NCBI GenBank assembly: GCA_047947115.1
Contig: CP170459.1
Coordinates: 416,001 to 480,000, forward strand
Length of the DNA: 64,000 nt
Direction of reading: 5' to 3'
Source: Verrucomicrobiota bacterium
Lineage (GTDB): Bacteria > Verrucomicrobiota > Verrucomicrobiia > Limisphaerales > AAA164-E04
Shown here: piece after piece, positions 9,978-20,988 of the stretch
Numbering within the stretch: position 1 is the first letter of the stretch
Layout: each line of letters starts with the position of its first letter
Translations under genes and position numbers: made by a program
Notes under the pieces: model-generated
Told to the model about the DNA's origin: nothing
Seen by the model: the letters and a program-made list of their open reading frames with translations, nothing else
Databases searched by the model: none

Positions 9978-11123
9978 GTGATGATTCGGCTTTATCAAAA
10001 ATTAATTCGCCCCATACTTTTCCAAATGCAACCTGAGCAAGCCCACGAACAGGCTATGCACGTTTTGAAGTTTGCCTCGAACAGTTCTATTTTGAAATCC
10101 CTTGTCTCCGATTTCTGCCAACCCCAAAAGTTATCCATTGAATTAGCCGGTATTCATTTCCCAAATCCTGTTGGATTAGCGGCCGGCATGGACAAAAACG
10201 CGGTTGCCCTGCCGATCTGGGAATCACTAGGTTTTGGGTTCTGTGAAATCGGCGGCATCACGCGCCACGCTCAACCTGGTAACCCCAAACCACGCATGTT
10301 CCGCGCGCCTCAAACCGAGGCTTTGATTAATCGTATGGGATTCAACAATGACGGGCTTGACTCCGTAGCCCGACGCCTGGCTGATTGGAAATCCGCAGAT
10401 GCCTGGCCCAAAGCACCTGTTGCCATCAACCTCGGCAAATCAAAAATCACACCCCTGGAAGAAGCTCCGCAAGAATACGGCATGCTGCTGCAACGTTTAT
10501 GGACCTACGGAGACCTATTCGTTGTCAATGTCAGCTCCCCCAATACCCCGGATCTCCGCAAGCTCCAGCAAGCCGATGCACTGAAAACCATCATCAAAGC
10601 ACTGGAGTCGGTCAGAACAGCCTGTGTAAACGAATTCCCCAACCAACACAGTCGACCGATTTTTCTCAAAGTGGACCCCGATATGCCAAGAGAGGCTTTA
10701 AACGAGATCCTGGATGCCTGCCTGGATTCATCATTGAATGGCATCGTCGCAACAAATACCACATTGAGCCGCCCTGCCCCTGAACAGACCGACACGGAGC
10801 GCCCCCTTGTTTATGACGAACAGGGCGGTTTGAGCGGTCGCCCGCTGAAGCAGCGCAGCACTGATCTGATTCGCCACATCTATGAGTATACCTCGGGCAA
10901 GCTACCCATTATAGGTGTGGGCGGCATTTTTAACGCCCAAGATGCCTGGGAAAAAATCTGCGCAGGAGCCAGTTTGCTGCAGGTTTACAGCGGGATGGTA
11001 TACCAAGGCCCCACCTTGGCACGTTCCATCGTCGAGGGCTTGTCAACTCAGGTAGAGCGACATTCCTTGAAGTCCATAGCGTCAGCAGTAGGCCAGGAAC
11101 TTCCTTTCAAGCGCGAAGATTAG
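9978..11123 (+). CDS. pyrD: Quinone-dependent dihydroorotate dehydrogenase (class 2)
   Basis: NPVGLAAGMDK, GNPKPRMFR, INRMGFNN, NVSSPNTP, GGLSG, IIGVGGI. Confidence 0.97.
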   Translation: MMIRLYQKLIRPILFQMQPEQAHEQAMHVLKFASNSSILKSLVSDFCQPQKLSIELAGIHFPNPVGLAAGMDKNAVALPIWESLGFGFCEIGGITRHAQPGNPKPRMFRAPQTEALINRMGFNNDGLDSVARRLADWKSADAWPKAPVAINLGKSKITPLEEAPQEYGMLLQRLWTYGDLFVVNVSSPNTPDLRKLQQADALKTIIKALESVRTACVNEFPNQHSRPIFLKVDPDMPREALNEILDACLDSSLNGIVATNTTLSRPAPEQTDTERPLVYDEQGGLSGRPLKQRSTDLIRHIYEYTSGKLPIIGVGGIFNAQDAWEKICAGASLLQVYSGMVYQGPTLARSIVEGLSTQVERHSLKSIASAVGQELPFKRED

Positions 11124-11161
11124 GAAATCAAACAGCTCACGGGCGTCGCCACTCCAGCAAA

Positions 11162-12067
11162 TCAATCCAGCACCCGATAAGCCTTGAGGAACTCAGGCAC
11201 ATTGTCAGCCACCCGTTTCGAGATAACCTTCGCCCCTGGTGCAACCAAATGGAGCCGATCCGTGTGAGTAAATCCATCACTGGCCTCTTCACCCAGGTCC
11301 TGGTAAAGCTGTTTGGTCAGTCGGTTGACGTCGATGCTGGGGCACCCCAGAGATTGCGCCACTTCCAATACCGCATCACTGCGCTCATCCAGATATGGAA
11401 CTGGGGTTCCCCCGGAATCAAATTCTCTCAGGGTCAAAGGAGTCACCAGCACGGGCGTCCCACCAAAGCCACGCACCAATTCCACGAGTGTTGCCAAATT
11501 AGCTCGATACACCTCCATCGTGGTCCTTTTTTCAGGCTGTCCAGACAACTCATCGATCATCCCAAACTGAATAAAAACAAAATCAGCCGCAACAAATTTG
11601 AGATTTTGAACCTGCCAGCCTGATTCCAGATATGTTTTGGTGCTTTGACCAGGTTGAGCCAAATTGACAAGGATCACCTGATCATTGAAATGAGCCCCAA
11701 ACCCCTCTCCCCACCCCCCGACACGACCCGAATAGTAGGAAAAATCCATAATGGTGGAATCCCCTATGAGAGCCATACTGATTTCATCTTCCCGAAGTTG
11801 CCAGATATTCAGGCGATAAAAGGCGCTTTGAGCTTCATCTGACGGAATCGAAACGGTGTGCGATCCTACCGAGTGATCAAAACCTCCCACCCAATCCCAA
11901 AAATCCAGCGACCGTTCTATCTGATATCCCACGTCTTTTCGATCGGAGGATATTACCAATTCAACTCTACCGCCCACTGTGCGGACGGTTAAAACCTGAG
12001 CTAACACAAGTTCATATTCCAGAAAAAGTGCTAGAAAGATCAGGGATGTGACAGATTTGGGCAACAT
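11162..12067 (-). CDS. SGNH/GDSL esterase (rhamnogalacturonan acetylesterase-like) with a small N-terminal module
   Basis: IGDST, GGWG, FIQFGMID (GxND variant), VLVTP, DRLHL. Confidence 0.85.
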   Translation of the reverse strand: MLPKSVTSLIFLALFLEYELVLAQVLTVRTVGGRVELVISSDRKDVGYQIERSLDFWDWVGGFDHSVGSHTVSIPSDEAQSAFYRLNIWQLREDEISMALIGDSTIMDFSYYSGRVGGWGEGFGAHFNDQVILVNLAQPGQSTKTYLESGWQVQNLKFVAADFVFIQFGMIDELSGQPEKRTTMEVYRANLATLVELVRGFGGTPVLVTPLTLREFDSGGTPVPYLDERSDAVLEVAQSLGCPSIDVNRLTKQLYQDLGEEASDGFTHTDRLHLVAPGAKVISKRVADNVPEFLKAYRVLD

Positions 12068-12137
12068 GGTTTAAACTGAATCAACAACTTGATCTCCTTT
12101 CACTTACACCCACATGAGAGAACAACCAAGAAAAATA

Positions 12138-13388
12138 TCAACCGTCATGCTTCCATGCTTCACGCATATCCACACCTGAAGGGCTTTGGAAGACTCGAAG
12201 GTCAAATTCAGGAAGCACCGCCAAAAGGTGATCGAAAATATCCGACTGAATATCTTCGTAGGGAACCCACCGTTTTTCTTTGGAAAAGATGTAGATTTGA
12301 ATGGGCAATCCTTTAGGTGTCGGCTCCAACTGACGCACCAGCAGCGTCATTTCCTGATTTACCATGGGGTGCCGTTTCAAATAATCCGTGATGTAGGCAC
12401 GAAACGTTCCAACGTTAGTCATCCGACGACCATTGACCAGACAGGAATCGTCCACTTTGGATTGTTTGTTGTATTCAGCCAGCTCCTCCTTTTTACGATC
12501 AACATACTCCTGAATAAGTTGAATCCGACTGAGTCGCTTGAGCAGAGGTTCATCACAAAAACGAATCGTGTTCAGATCCAAAAACAAGGATCGTTTGATC
12601 CGTCGCCCATCGGATTCGGACATACCCCGCCAATTCTTGAACGCATCACTGATCAACGCATATGTTGGAATAGTGGTAATGGTTCGGTCCCAATTTTGAA
12701 CTTTGACGGTGGTAAGCGTGATTTCCAGCACGTCTCCATCGGCGCCATATTTGGGCATCTCAAGCCAATCCCCGATTGCCAACATCTTGTTGGTTGTCAA
12801 TTGAATACCCGCAGTTAAGCCCAGGATGGCATCTTTGAACACCAACATGAGCACAGCCGTCAGAGTGCCCAAACTGGCGAACAAGACACCGAGTTCCTTA
12901 TTCATCAGCCTGCCGACCACGAAAATGCCACCCACCAGAAAAACGACCAGTTTAATGACTTGCAGAAAGCTCTTGATCGGGACTTGTTTAGACCAGGCAA
13001 AACTGCGGTAGATATCGAGAAATGCCGCCAGAAGGGAATCCACCACCACCATCACGACGACTGCGATATAAATCTCAGTACCTGAGGAAATGACCTGTAG
13101 AGCATCCGCATAACCTTCCCATATCTCAGGGAGCAACACACTGAAAACTGCTATGGGAGCAAGATGTGACAACTTGTGGAAGACTTTGCGTTTGGCCAAT
13201 TTATCATCCCACTTGATCTTGGTGCGATCAATGAAGGCATGCACCCCGCGAACAATAAGATTCTTGGCGATGAAATTGACAATGATTGCCAGGCAGAGCA
13301 CACCAAAAGTCGCCACCCAAGATGCCGTGACAGGTGCCCAATCAGGTGACACACCCCCCTCAATCAGAAAATCAATTAACCTTTGCAT
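12138..13388 (-). CDS. Mechanosensitive channel, MscS family (YbdG/MscM-like)
   Basis: FKDAILGLTAGIQL, GDWLEMPKYGADGDV, FKNWRGMSESDGRRIKR, TNVGTFRAY. Confidence 0.93.
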   Translation of the reverse strand: MQRLIDFLIEGGVSPDWAPVTASWVATFGVLCLAIIVNFIAKNLIVRGVHAFIDRTKIKWDDKLAKRKVFHKLSHLAPIAVFSVLLPEIWEGYADALQVISSGTEIYIAVVVMVVVDSLLAAFLDIYRSFAWSKQVPIKSFLQVIKLVVFLVGGIFVVGRLMNKELGVLFASLGTLTAVLMLVFKDAILGLTAGIQLTTNKMLAIGDWLEMPKYGADGDVLEITLTTVKVQNWDRTITTIPTYALISDAFKNWRGMSESDGRRIKRSLFLDLNTIRFCDEPLLKRLSRIQLIQEYVDRKKEELAEYNKQSKVDDSCLVNGRRMTNVGTFRAYITDYLKRHPMVNQEMTLLVRQLEPTPKGLPIQIYIFSKEKRWVPYEDIQSDIFDHLLAVLPEFDLRVFQSPSGVDMREAWKHDG

Positions 13389-13438
13389 GTCTTAATAGCT
13401 ATCTGAAATGACACCTGAAAAAAACACATTATGTGGCA

Positions 13439-14887
13439 TTATCTTAAAACCAAGGCGGCGCCCGCACGGTTCAAAGTAAGAAAGCGCCCCACTTTTCGCT
13501 GCACCAGCAGTTCCACTCGAACCGATGCGCCAGACTTCAATTCGTAAAGATACTTTGCCAATCCCACCATCGAATCCACCCTGAGGTCATTGATGCGCAG
13601 CACCACGAATCCATTGCGAATTCCCGCCTTGGCCCCGGGACCATCTTCGTCGACATCCGCCACCAGGGCGCCCTCAACCGAATCAAGATTCAGGTTCCTG
13701 GCCAATTGCGGACTCATCTCTTGAAGCAGCACCCCCGTTTTCTCACGGACGAGTTGCGCATTGAAAAAACTTTCCTCAGGAATCAACTGTAGGCTGATCT
13801 TTTTATTTTCCCTATCACGATCTATGGCGATGTTGACCGCATCCTTTCCCCTGTTCCGGGTCAGCATGTGGTGAAAATCGATGGCATGCGGCACCGGTTG
13901 ACCATCGACACTCAAAATGGCATCGTCCACCTTGAATCCCGCTTTATCGGCAGGACTGCCTTGTTGAACTTCCTTGATCTTCATGGGCCGTGCCCCGGCA
14001 TCCAACTTGGCCCCAAACCACAATCCATCCAGAATTTCAGGCGTCATGATCTCCGAAATGGCTTCATTGATGCGTTTGATCGGGATGGCAAACCCAATGC
14101 CCTGCCCCTCCTTGAACACGGCAACATTCAGACCGATCATTTCACCATCCAAATTCACGAGCGGTCCCCCGCTATTGCCAGGATTGATCGCGGCGTCCGT
14201 TTGCAGCCAGTCCTCAATCTCCAAAGGCTCGTTCTCCATGGGGGGACGACGGTTCTTGGAACTTAAAATGCCCCGACTCACGGAACTTCCCAGACCGAAC
14301 GGATTCCCCAACGCCAGCACCGTTTCGCCCAACATGAGATCATCCTCTCGAGCAAAAGACACAGCCTGAAATGTGGGCAATGCATCTTCTCCTTTGATCT
14401 TGAGGAGGGCGACATCGCTGGACCTCATCCCAGCAATAGGCTCCGCCTCGTAGCGTGATCCATCCTGCAGGATCACCTCCACCCGACTGGCCCGATTCAC
14501 CACATGGGCATTGGTCAACACATAACCCGAATCATGAATGATCACACCCGACCCCAGACTGTAGGTGGACTCGGCCGGACGACGCCGGTAATACGGTCCG
14601 AAAAAATCCCAAAGCAGGTCGTAATAAAAATCCTGCCGTTCCACAAGGATCTCCGTTCGAATGTTCACAACGCTCGGCATGGTTTTGTCAACCGCTCTGA
14701 CGGTCGCATCACGCCTCACTGACTCCGAAGCCCATGCCCAACCGCTCAAAGCACACCCCAGCACCACAAGCAGAAAAAAAGGAACCGTTTCCTGAAACGG
14801 CGTGCCCCGAACCTGCAAAAATCTTTTCCTGAAACCGGTCATTCTCCCAATTTGATCTCCATTTGACACTTTTTCAACCATCACCAT
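13439..14887 (-). CDS. HtrA/DegP-family serine protease with two PDZ domains (start uncertain)
   Basis: LGSGVII, LTNAHVV, QTDAAINPGNSGGPL and two PDZ-like segments. Confidence 0.93.
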   Translation of the reverse strand: MVMVEKVSNGDQIGRMTGFRKRFLQVRGTPFQETVPFFLLVVLGCALSGWAWASESVRRDATVRAVDKTMPSVVNIRTEILVERQDFYYDLLWDFFGPYYRRRPAESTYSLGSGVIIHDSGYVLTNAHVVNRASRVEVILQDGSRYEAEPIAGMRSSDVALLKIKGEDALPTFQAVSFAREDDLMLGETVLALGNPFGLGSSVSRGILSSKNRRPPMENEPLEIEDWLQTDAAINPGNSGGPLVNLDGEMIGLNVAVFKEGQGIGFAIPIKRINEAISEIMTPEILDGLWFGAKLDAGARPMKIKEVQQGSPADKAGFKVDDAILSVDGQPVPHAIDFHHMLTRNRGKDAVNIAIDRDRENKKISLQLIPEESFFNAQLVREKTGVLLQEMSPQLARNLNLDSVEGALVADVDEDGPGAKAGIRNGFVVLRINDLRVDSMVGLAKYLYELKSGASVRVELLVQRKVGRFLTLNRAGAALVLR

Positions 14888-15030
14888 TCCTCAATGAGTT
14901 ATGAATTTACGACATTTTATCTTAAATCCCGACCTTTTATCCTTTTATTTTCAAAATGTTTCAATTGCTGGTTTATTATTATTTCAATCTCACATTAATA
15001 TCGGATCCACACTGCATTGATTCGTACATC

Positions 15031-16509
15031 ATGATGTCCATTCCTACAGATTTCTACCATCAATGGCGCTCCTCCGCAATGGCGACACACCTACTCAAGG
15101 AGACTTCCGGTCCGGATTTCCCCGAAAGAGTGCTTCACCTGATATGGATGCACCAACGATTTGAAAGCACCCCGTGCACGACCACATGCGGTAAACCGAT
15201 TGAAATCCTTCATCCGGGCTTCTGGAATCATGGGGCCGGACCTGATTTCAGGTCAGCCGTGCTGCGCATCGACGATCAATTATACAAGCACGCCGACATC
15301 GAACTAGATCTCAAGCCATCCTTCTGGCGTTCTCATCGTCATGATCTGAATCCAAACTTCAACAAAGTACGTCTGCATGTCATTTGGGAAGGCGCCATAC
15401 CAGACAATCACCCGTTACCCGTGTTAAGGCTATCGGACTATACGAACGAATCCCAATGCAATCTCATTGAGTGGGCAGGCGATAGTGTGACCGAGTGCTG
15501 GCCTGAGCGCTTATGTGGGCAATGCCGTTCTCCATTGAATCAACTTTCTCCAGAATCCATTCAGGTGTTGGTCCGTCAAGCAGCTTTGCTGCGCCTGAAA
15601 TTGAAGGCAAAACGCATCGAGGAAGACGCCCGCGAAATAGGATATCGCGACGCACTTTGGTTACACTTGTTCAACGGTCTGGGCTACCGAAAAAAATAAT
15701 GGCCCATGAGGCGCCTTTATTATTTGACCGGCAAAATCATGGAGGATCTGGATATGAAAAAACCGGAAGAAACCCGGTTCCTGATGCAATCCAGATTATT
15801 TGGGATTGCCAATTTGATTCCCAAACAGTTCCCCCAACAGCCGCAGAAGGATCACGGTTATATTCGCAAATGCTGGGACGCCTGGTGGCGCGATCGTGAT
15901 ACCTTCGAACAAGATATTCTTCCCAAATGCATGTGGCACATGCAGAGCATTCGCCCGGCAAACCATCCGCTACGACGACTGGCAACGGTCGCGCACTGGA
16001 TGACCGATCCGAATTTCATTCAGAGGATCGAGGAGTGGTTCAACACCCCCATGCAGACACGCATTGCCCAGGAGAAAATGCATGCTCTACTGGGGGATTA
16101 TTCTGATGAATTCTGGTCATGGCATTGGTCCATGACTGGACCCAAGATGAAAACACCCTCCTTCCTGACCGGGGCGGAACGAACCAACGAACTGGTGATC
16201 AACGTGATTCTGCCTTGGCTCCTGGCCAGGTCCGGTTCGGATCCCACGGACGATCACAACGACTTGATCCAGCGCATCAAGCGGCTGTATTCCAACTGGC
16301 CCCGTGCTGCCGATAACGCGTTGCTCAAGATGGCTCGAACGAGGTTGTTAAATGGAAGAAAATGCGGGTGGATACAGTCAGCTGCGGACCAACAGGGTTT
16401 ATTGCAAATACTCGCGGATTTCTGCAGTCACACCAATGCAACGTGCGAACACTGCTTGTTCCCGGAAGTCGTACAGGCCGTGGAAGCGCATATAGCCATC
16501 CCTGAATAA
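15031..16509 (+). pseudogene. DUF2851 family protein interrupted by an in-frame TAA at 15697-15699 (real lesion or read error)
   Basis: ORFs 14956..15699 and 15706..16509 share one frame. Motifs PGFWNHGAGPDF, WRSHRHDLNPNF, RPANHPLRRLA, QQGLLQI..FC..CEHC. Confidence 0.8.
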
Positions 16510-16541
16510 AATTTATACGGCGAACGTGCCAACTGACCCTG

Positions 16542-18464
16542 CTAGCGGATATCGGAATAATACGGATCACCGGTGATGGGATCGGTCAGTGGGGGTTTCC
16601 CAAGGCGTTTCTTAAGAATGATGAGGTTTTTCATGGCATCCAAATTGCCATAGTACCTCAAATCCCAGGACATTTGAAAATAATCATGAGCGGCCTCAAG
16701 ATCACCACGCTCCAGTTCATGGAATCCCATATGATTCACAATGATAATGTTCTTGGGATCCAGTGCAAATGCTCTGTCGAAATAGGGCGTCGCCTCATCT
16801 TCACGCCCCAAGGCATCCAGGCATCGACCAATCTCGGCGTAGGCATAGGGACAATCAGGCCAGGCCTGCAGGCTTTTTTCAAACCATTGAATGGCCACTT
16901 CCAATTGTTGTTCGTATCCGGAACCCGGAACGAAGCGATGACCGAGCTGGCTCAATAAATCACCGATGCGGTAAGAAGTCTCGAAGTTGCCGGGTTCAAC
17001 ACGCACCGATTCGGCGAGCGCTTCTATGTGATTGGAAGAGAAAGGTTCGGCTGCTTTGGCCTTTTGGAGCCATTTCGTTTCAAGGTAACGACCGGACATT
17101 GGGAACACCAGCAAACCAGTCATGCCCACCACCACCAATCCGGCTATGATTCGGTTCGGCCACCAGGATTTCCACCAATAACGCTCGGTAGAAAAACGCA
17201 GATGACTGACCAGAATACCCGCCAGAACCACCGCCAATATGCCATTGGCGGGTATGTACAGATTAAAATCGAACAAGGAATGCACACTGATTGCCAGTAG
17301 TGAAATGGAACTTCCCAACACAAATGCTGCCCGGTTGCTGTGTCGGTTTTTCCCGAAATCCCTCCCCTCCCTCATGACGTACTTCCGTGTTCTCCAGGCC
17401 CCAACCACCAGCAATACCAATCCCACCAAAAAAATGGCACCACCGATTAGTCCGTATTCGACCAACAAGTGAAGAAAATCATTGTGCACCCAACCTGGAC
17501 GTTCCTGAACTTCAGAAAGCCGGTAATCCTGAAACCTGTAATCGAACTGCCCGGGTCCCACACCCACCAAACGATGATCGCCCCACATCTTCCAGGATGC
17601 AGTCCAGATAAGAGAGCGCACACTGACCGGAGCCCCGGTATCGCGCTGCAAGGTTTGGTTAAGACGCTCCTTGAGACCTTCCGATTGATCAAAAATAAAA
17701 TAACCTCCGACCACGAAACAAAGTAAGGCCGCCCCTGCCTGGATGCGATACTTTCGGTGGCCCAGTAAAAGCACCAAAAAAGCCATAATGGAAACCCCGG
17801 TCGCCAACCAACCTCCACGGGACATGGTGACACCGATCCCGGCAAGGATCACCAGACAAGCATAGCCGAGAAACACTTTAAATGTGGCATTGAGTCTGCC
17901 GGCAAACAAATACGCCAGTCCAAGCGGCAAAACCATCTCCAGAAACCCTGCCAGATGATTTGGGCAAATGTAGGTTCCCGTACCACGATTCGCATACTGA
18001 GGTGGTTTGGTGATGTGCCATACCTGATTGGAATGTGTGACGTATTGGAAAAGAGCGTATGAGGCAACAAGCATGGCCACAAAGACCAGAAGAAGCGAAA
18101 GGATCTGGGTGGTCTCCTGCCCATGCAAAAAATTGACTGCCAGAAAAAAAAGCGTGCCATACAAAAGAATGCGCATGAGTTCATACTCACCTGCATATGG
18201 CACTTGAACGAAGCGATACCGCCAAAGGGCAAAACACATGAAAGCCAGCACCAACCAGCAAATGGGAGGCCAAAGAAGCCGATACCGCTTTCCACTGATT
18301 ATCAGCATCAGCCAGAGGGCGGACGCAACCACACATAGTGCGGTCAACAAAAGGAATCCAGAGGCATAAACCCCGCCAAAAAGAAGCGGCCCCAGGCAAA
18401 GCATCAACCCCAAAATGGCCACGATGCCCCATTCAAGCGGACTGGTGCTCTTTTTCTTGGGCAT
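16542..18464 (-). CDS. O-antigen ligase (Wzy_C) family membrane protein with C-terminal TPR repeats
   Basis: GTYICPNHLAGFL, SRGG, GVGPGQF, VHNDFLHLLVEYG, HSLFDFNL and TPR-like helices. Start set at MPKKK. Confidence 0.9.
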   Translation of the reverse strand: MPKKKSTSPLEWGIVAILGLMLCLGPLLFGGVYASGFLLLTALCVVASALWLMLIISGKRYRLLWPPICWLVLAFMCFALWRYRFVQVPYAGEYELMRILLYGTLFFLAVNFLHGQETTQILSLLLVFVAMLVASYALFQYVTHSNQVWHITKPPQYANRGTGTYICPNHLAGFLEMVLPLGLAYLFAGRLNATFKVFLGYACLVILAGIGVTMSRGGWLATGVSIMAFLVLLLGHRKYRIQAGAALLCFVVGGYFIFDQSEGLKERLNQTLQRDTGAPVSVRSLIWTASWKMWGDHRLVGVGPGQFDYRFQDYRLSEVQERPGWVHNDFLHLLVEYGLIGGAIFLVGLVLLVVGAWRTRKYVMREGRDFGKNRHSNRAAFVLGSSISLLAISVHSLFDFNLYIPANGILAVVLAGILVSHLRFSTERYWWKSWWPNRIIAGLVVVGMTGLLVFPMSGRYLETKWLQKAKAAEPFSSNHIEALAESVRVEPGNFETSYRIGDLLSQLGHRFVPGSGYEQQLEVAIQWFEKSLQAWPDCPYAYAEIGRCLDALGREDEATPYFDRAFALDPKNIIIVNHMGFHELERGDLEAAHDYFQMSWDLRYYGNLDAMKNLIILKKRLGKPPLTDPITGDPYYSDIR

Positions 18465-18466
18465 GC

Positions 18467-19225
18467 TTACTCTTTCCAAGCGTGAACAACAATACGATCA
18501 AAACGAAGCCCACTCCAAAATTGATGTCCGCGATTCCACTTATAGTAAGCTGCTTTGGCAATACGCCAGGGCAACGATCTCACCCCGGACACTACCTTGA
18601 CCCTTTTGAAACCGACCGTCTTTAGCATCCCAACCACCGCTGCGGTGTTTGGACCACACCAGTTGGTCGGGTCCTGGCCCACCTCATCGGTAGGATAGAA
18701 AGCAATTGCCGGACGACGATGCCACAGCATGTCCACCGCAGTCTCCAAAATGACCATATCCTTGGTCACACTGGCCACTTTTTCCAATGACAGCAATGGG
18801 TGCCGCATGTGATAAAGTACACCCAGAAAAAAAACCACATCGTGGATGCCGACGTTCTCCGGTGAAATGTCGAGGATATCCACTTCCTTTTCGTCGACCT
18901 TGGAATTCAGCACCCGCTTGGCGAGATTGAATCCGCTTTTATCCGCCCAATCCACACCGCCTCGCCAGATGAAACTGTCGGTGGCCAGAACCTTGTCCGC
19001 ACCGCGACGCTCCGCCTCAAAAGCAAAAAAGCCGTCCCAGGAACCGATGTCCAAGACACTCCTGCCCTTGAAAGATTCCGGAAATTCCAGTCTCTTCAAT
19101 TTTTTGGGACTGTTGTCCTGTCCGGGGGTGACGATACCGTGCCCCAGATCAATGGTGTGATGCCACTTGAGTGCGTCTACTTCTTTGCGAACCTGTTCAA
19201 TGTCTGATTGGGAAAGTGAATTCAT
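18467..19225 (-). CDS. Class I SAM-dependent methyltransferase (CmoB/DUF1698-like)
   Basis: WHHTIDLG, VLDIGSWDGFFAFEAERRGA, FLGVLYHMRHP. Confidence 0.9.
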   Translation of the reverse strand: MNSLSQSDIEQVRKEVDALKWHHTIDLGHGIVTPGQDNSPKKLKRLEFPESFKGRSVLDIGSWDGFFAFEAERRGADKVLATDSFIWRGGVDWADKSGFNLAKRVLNSKVDEKEVDILDISPENVGIHDVVFFLGVLYHMRHPLLSLEKVASVTKDMVILETAVDMLWHRRPAIAFYPTDEVGQDPTNWCGPNTAAVVGMLKTVGFKRVKVVSGVRSLPWRIAKAAYYKWNRGHQFWSGLRFDRIVVHAWKE

Positions 19226-19260
19226 AGGGATTCAATTGGTTGAATCGTGTTTGAAGGATG

Positions 19261-20838
19261 TCACACGGGACTGAGTCTCGGGGCGTTGACGGGGGCCGAA
19301 TCCAATGATTTCTCATCTGCCTGCTCAGACGCTTCCTCAGCCTCCAGTCTTGCAAGTAAATTTCGTCGGCATGCCAACAGCAGCCCGGCCTGAAGTGAAA
19401 AGGTCTTCATGGCATATTCAGCGTCCCCATGGAAAATAAAGAACGCGATAATATTAGCCATCCAGGTACCGGCCACAATACAAGTCATGCGTGAAAAATT
19501 ATCATGAACACCATAAATCCTGAGATACTTAATCAACCGCCAAGCCACCAGGGATCCCGAAAACAGAAAAACGCCCATGAATATGGTGCCGAACAGGCCG
19601 GTATTGACCATCAAACCGATGAATCCATTGTAAAATCGCCCTTGGTTCACGTGAATGGTAACCTGGGTGGGATCCCACAAGTGGGAGAAGTCTCGACTAG
19701 GCATACCAAATCCACGCCCCATCCAAATGTACTCCGGCATGAGTTTCGTTCCGGCTTCTCGCAATAGTCGCCTGGTTTCAAGCGTACCTGAACTGTCCGA
19801 CCGGGCCATACTGTGGATCTTCACCCCAGGGATATAAGACAAAGCACGTTGTGCAGCGAGCGGCATGCTCTGGATGTTGGCAATGACAATCAACAATCCC
19901 AACAAAACCGCACTACCGACCATGGCAATATCGGTCATGCGATAGAATTTCTGAGTAAATGCGATAAAGAAAAAGGCCACCATGAGAATCAGCGAGAGGT
20001 AGCGATGGCCACTCAAAAGTCCCATGGCAAAAAACCCCAACGTCAAAGGAATCAAATAGACCCCTTTCCTCGAAAAGTAATCACGCAAATTATGGAAAAC
20101 CAGAATCAGGAAGATCAATCCCTGACTCACAATGTTCAAGGACTGATAACGACGAATACCGCCCCCCTGGGCCATACGCTCGAAACTGGCTGCGTCTCCG
20201 GGCAATTCGAAAAAATTCAAAATAAACCACAAACCACCGGCCTTACCTGAGGCAAACGCAAAGTCCGACACGAAATAGGTGACGGTCAACAAACACTGAA
20301 TCACGAATAGCCTGATCAAAACCTTCTCATTCAGCCTGAGCATGATGAACAACAAAGGGAAAATGGCGCAGCTGAACTGCTGGAAATAAAAGCGGCCACC
20401 CTGCTGGTCACTGCCAAAAATACGCATCCCGAAGCCCCGGTAAAACATGGTGATCATCAACACGGTACAATAACCGATAATCCCCACGAACAGCCATCGA
20501 TGCCTGCGAACCACCTCTCCCGCATCAGGGCAATACTTCCTGAGCGAAATGGTGATAACCAGCCCTGACCAGGCAAGCAGTGCAGCAAATTCCCACATGT
20601 AAGGCCGACCTGGGAAATAAGGCAGAATCAAGGCCGACGTATAGGTGGTCAATGAAAGCCATGCAGCCAGATTGGCATGGTAAGGAATCAGGAAGAGCCA
20701 GGCGATGGCGATCAAGGCAAATGCCAGGGTAAAGATGTTCGAAGCCAAATAGAAGCCGATCATCATGGCACAGACACCTATGATGCCGAACCAAAATATC
20801 TGCTGGAACTGAATTCTACTTTCGAAACTGCTTGCCAC
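19261..20838 (-). CDS. Wzy/O-antigen polymerase-ligase-like polytopic membrane protein
   Basis: About 11-12 hydrophobic segments, LSGHR, WMGRGFG, FYNGFIGLMVNTGLFG. Confidence 0.75.
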   Translation of the reverse strand: MASSFESRIQFQQIFWFGIIGVCAMMIGFYLASNIFTLAFALIAIAWLFLIPYHANLAAWLSLTTYTSALILPYFPGRPYMWEFAALLAWSGLVITISLRKYCPDAGEVVRRHRWLFVGIIGYCTVLMITMFYRGFGMRIFGSDQQGGRFYFQQFSCAIFPLLFIMLRLNEKVLIRLFVIQCLLTVTYFVSDFAFASGKAGGLWFILNFFELPGDAASFERMAQGGGIRRYQSLNIVSQGLIFLILVFHNLRDYFSRKGVYLIPLTLGFFAMGLLSGHRYLSLILMVAFFFIAFTQKFYRMTDIAMVGSAVLLGLLIVIANIQSMPLAAQRALSYIPGVKIHSMARSDSSGTLETRRLLREAGTKLMPEYIWMGRGFGMPSRDFSHLWDPTQVTIHVNQGRFYNGFIGLMVNTGLFGTIFMGVFLFSGSLVAWRLIKYLRIYGVHDNFSRMTCIVAGTWMANIIAFFIFHGDAEYAMKTFSLQAGLLLACRRNLLARLEAEEASEQADEKSLDSAPVNAPRLSPV

Positions 20839-20988
20839 CGCCCCTTACATAGAGACTCAAGCCCTTAATGCAATCTTTTTCTTGAAAACAGAGCTAAAAG
20901 CCAAGCAACCCAAATCCACAAACACACCGATAATCAACAACGATTTAGGATGGCCAAACAAGCCTGAAACGGTAGTATCCAGCACCAT

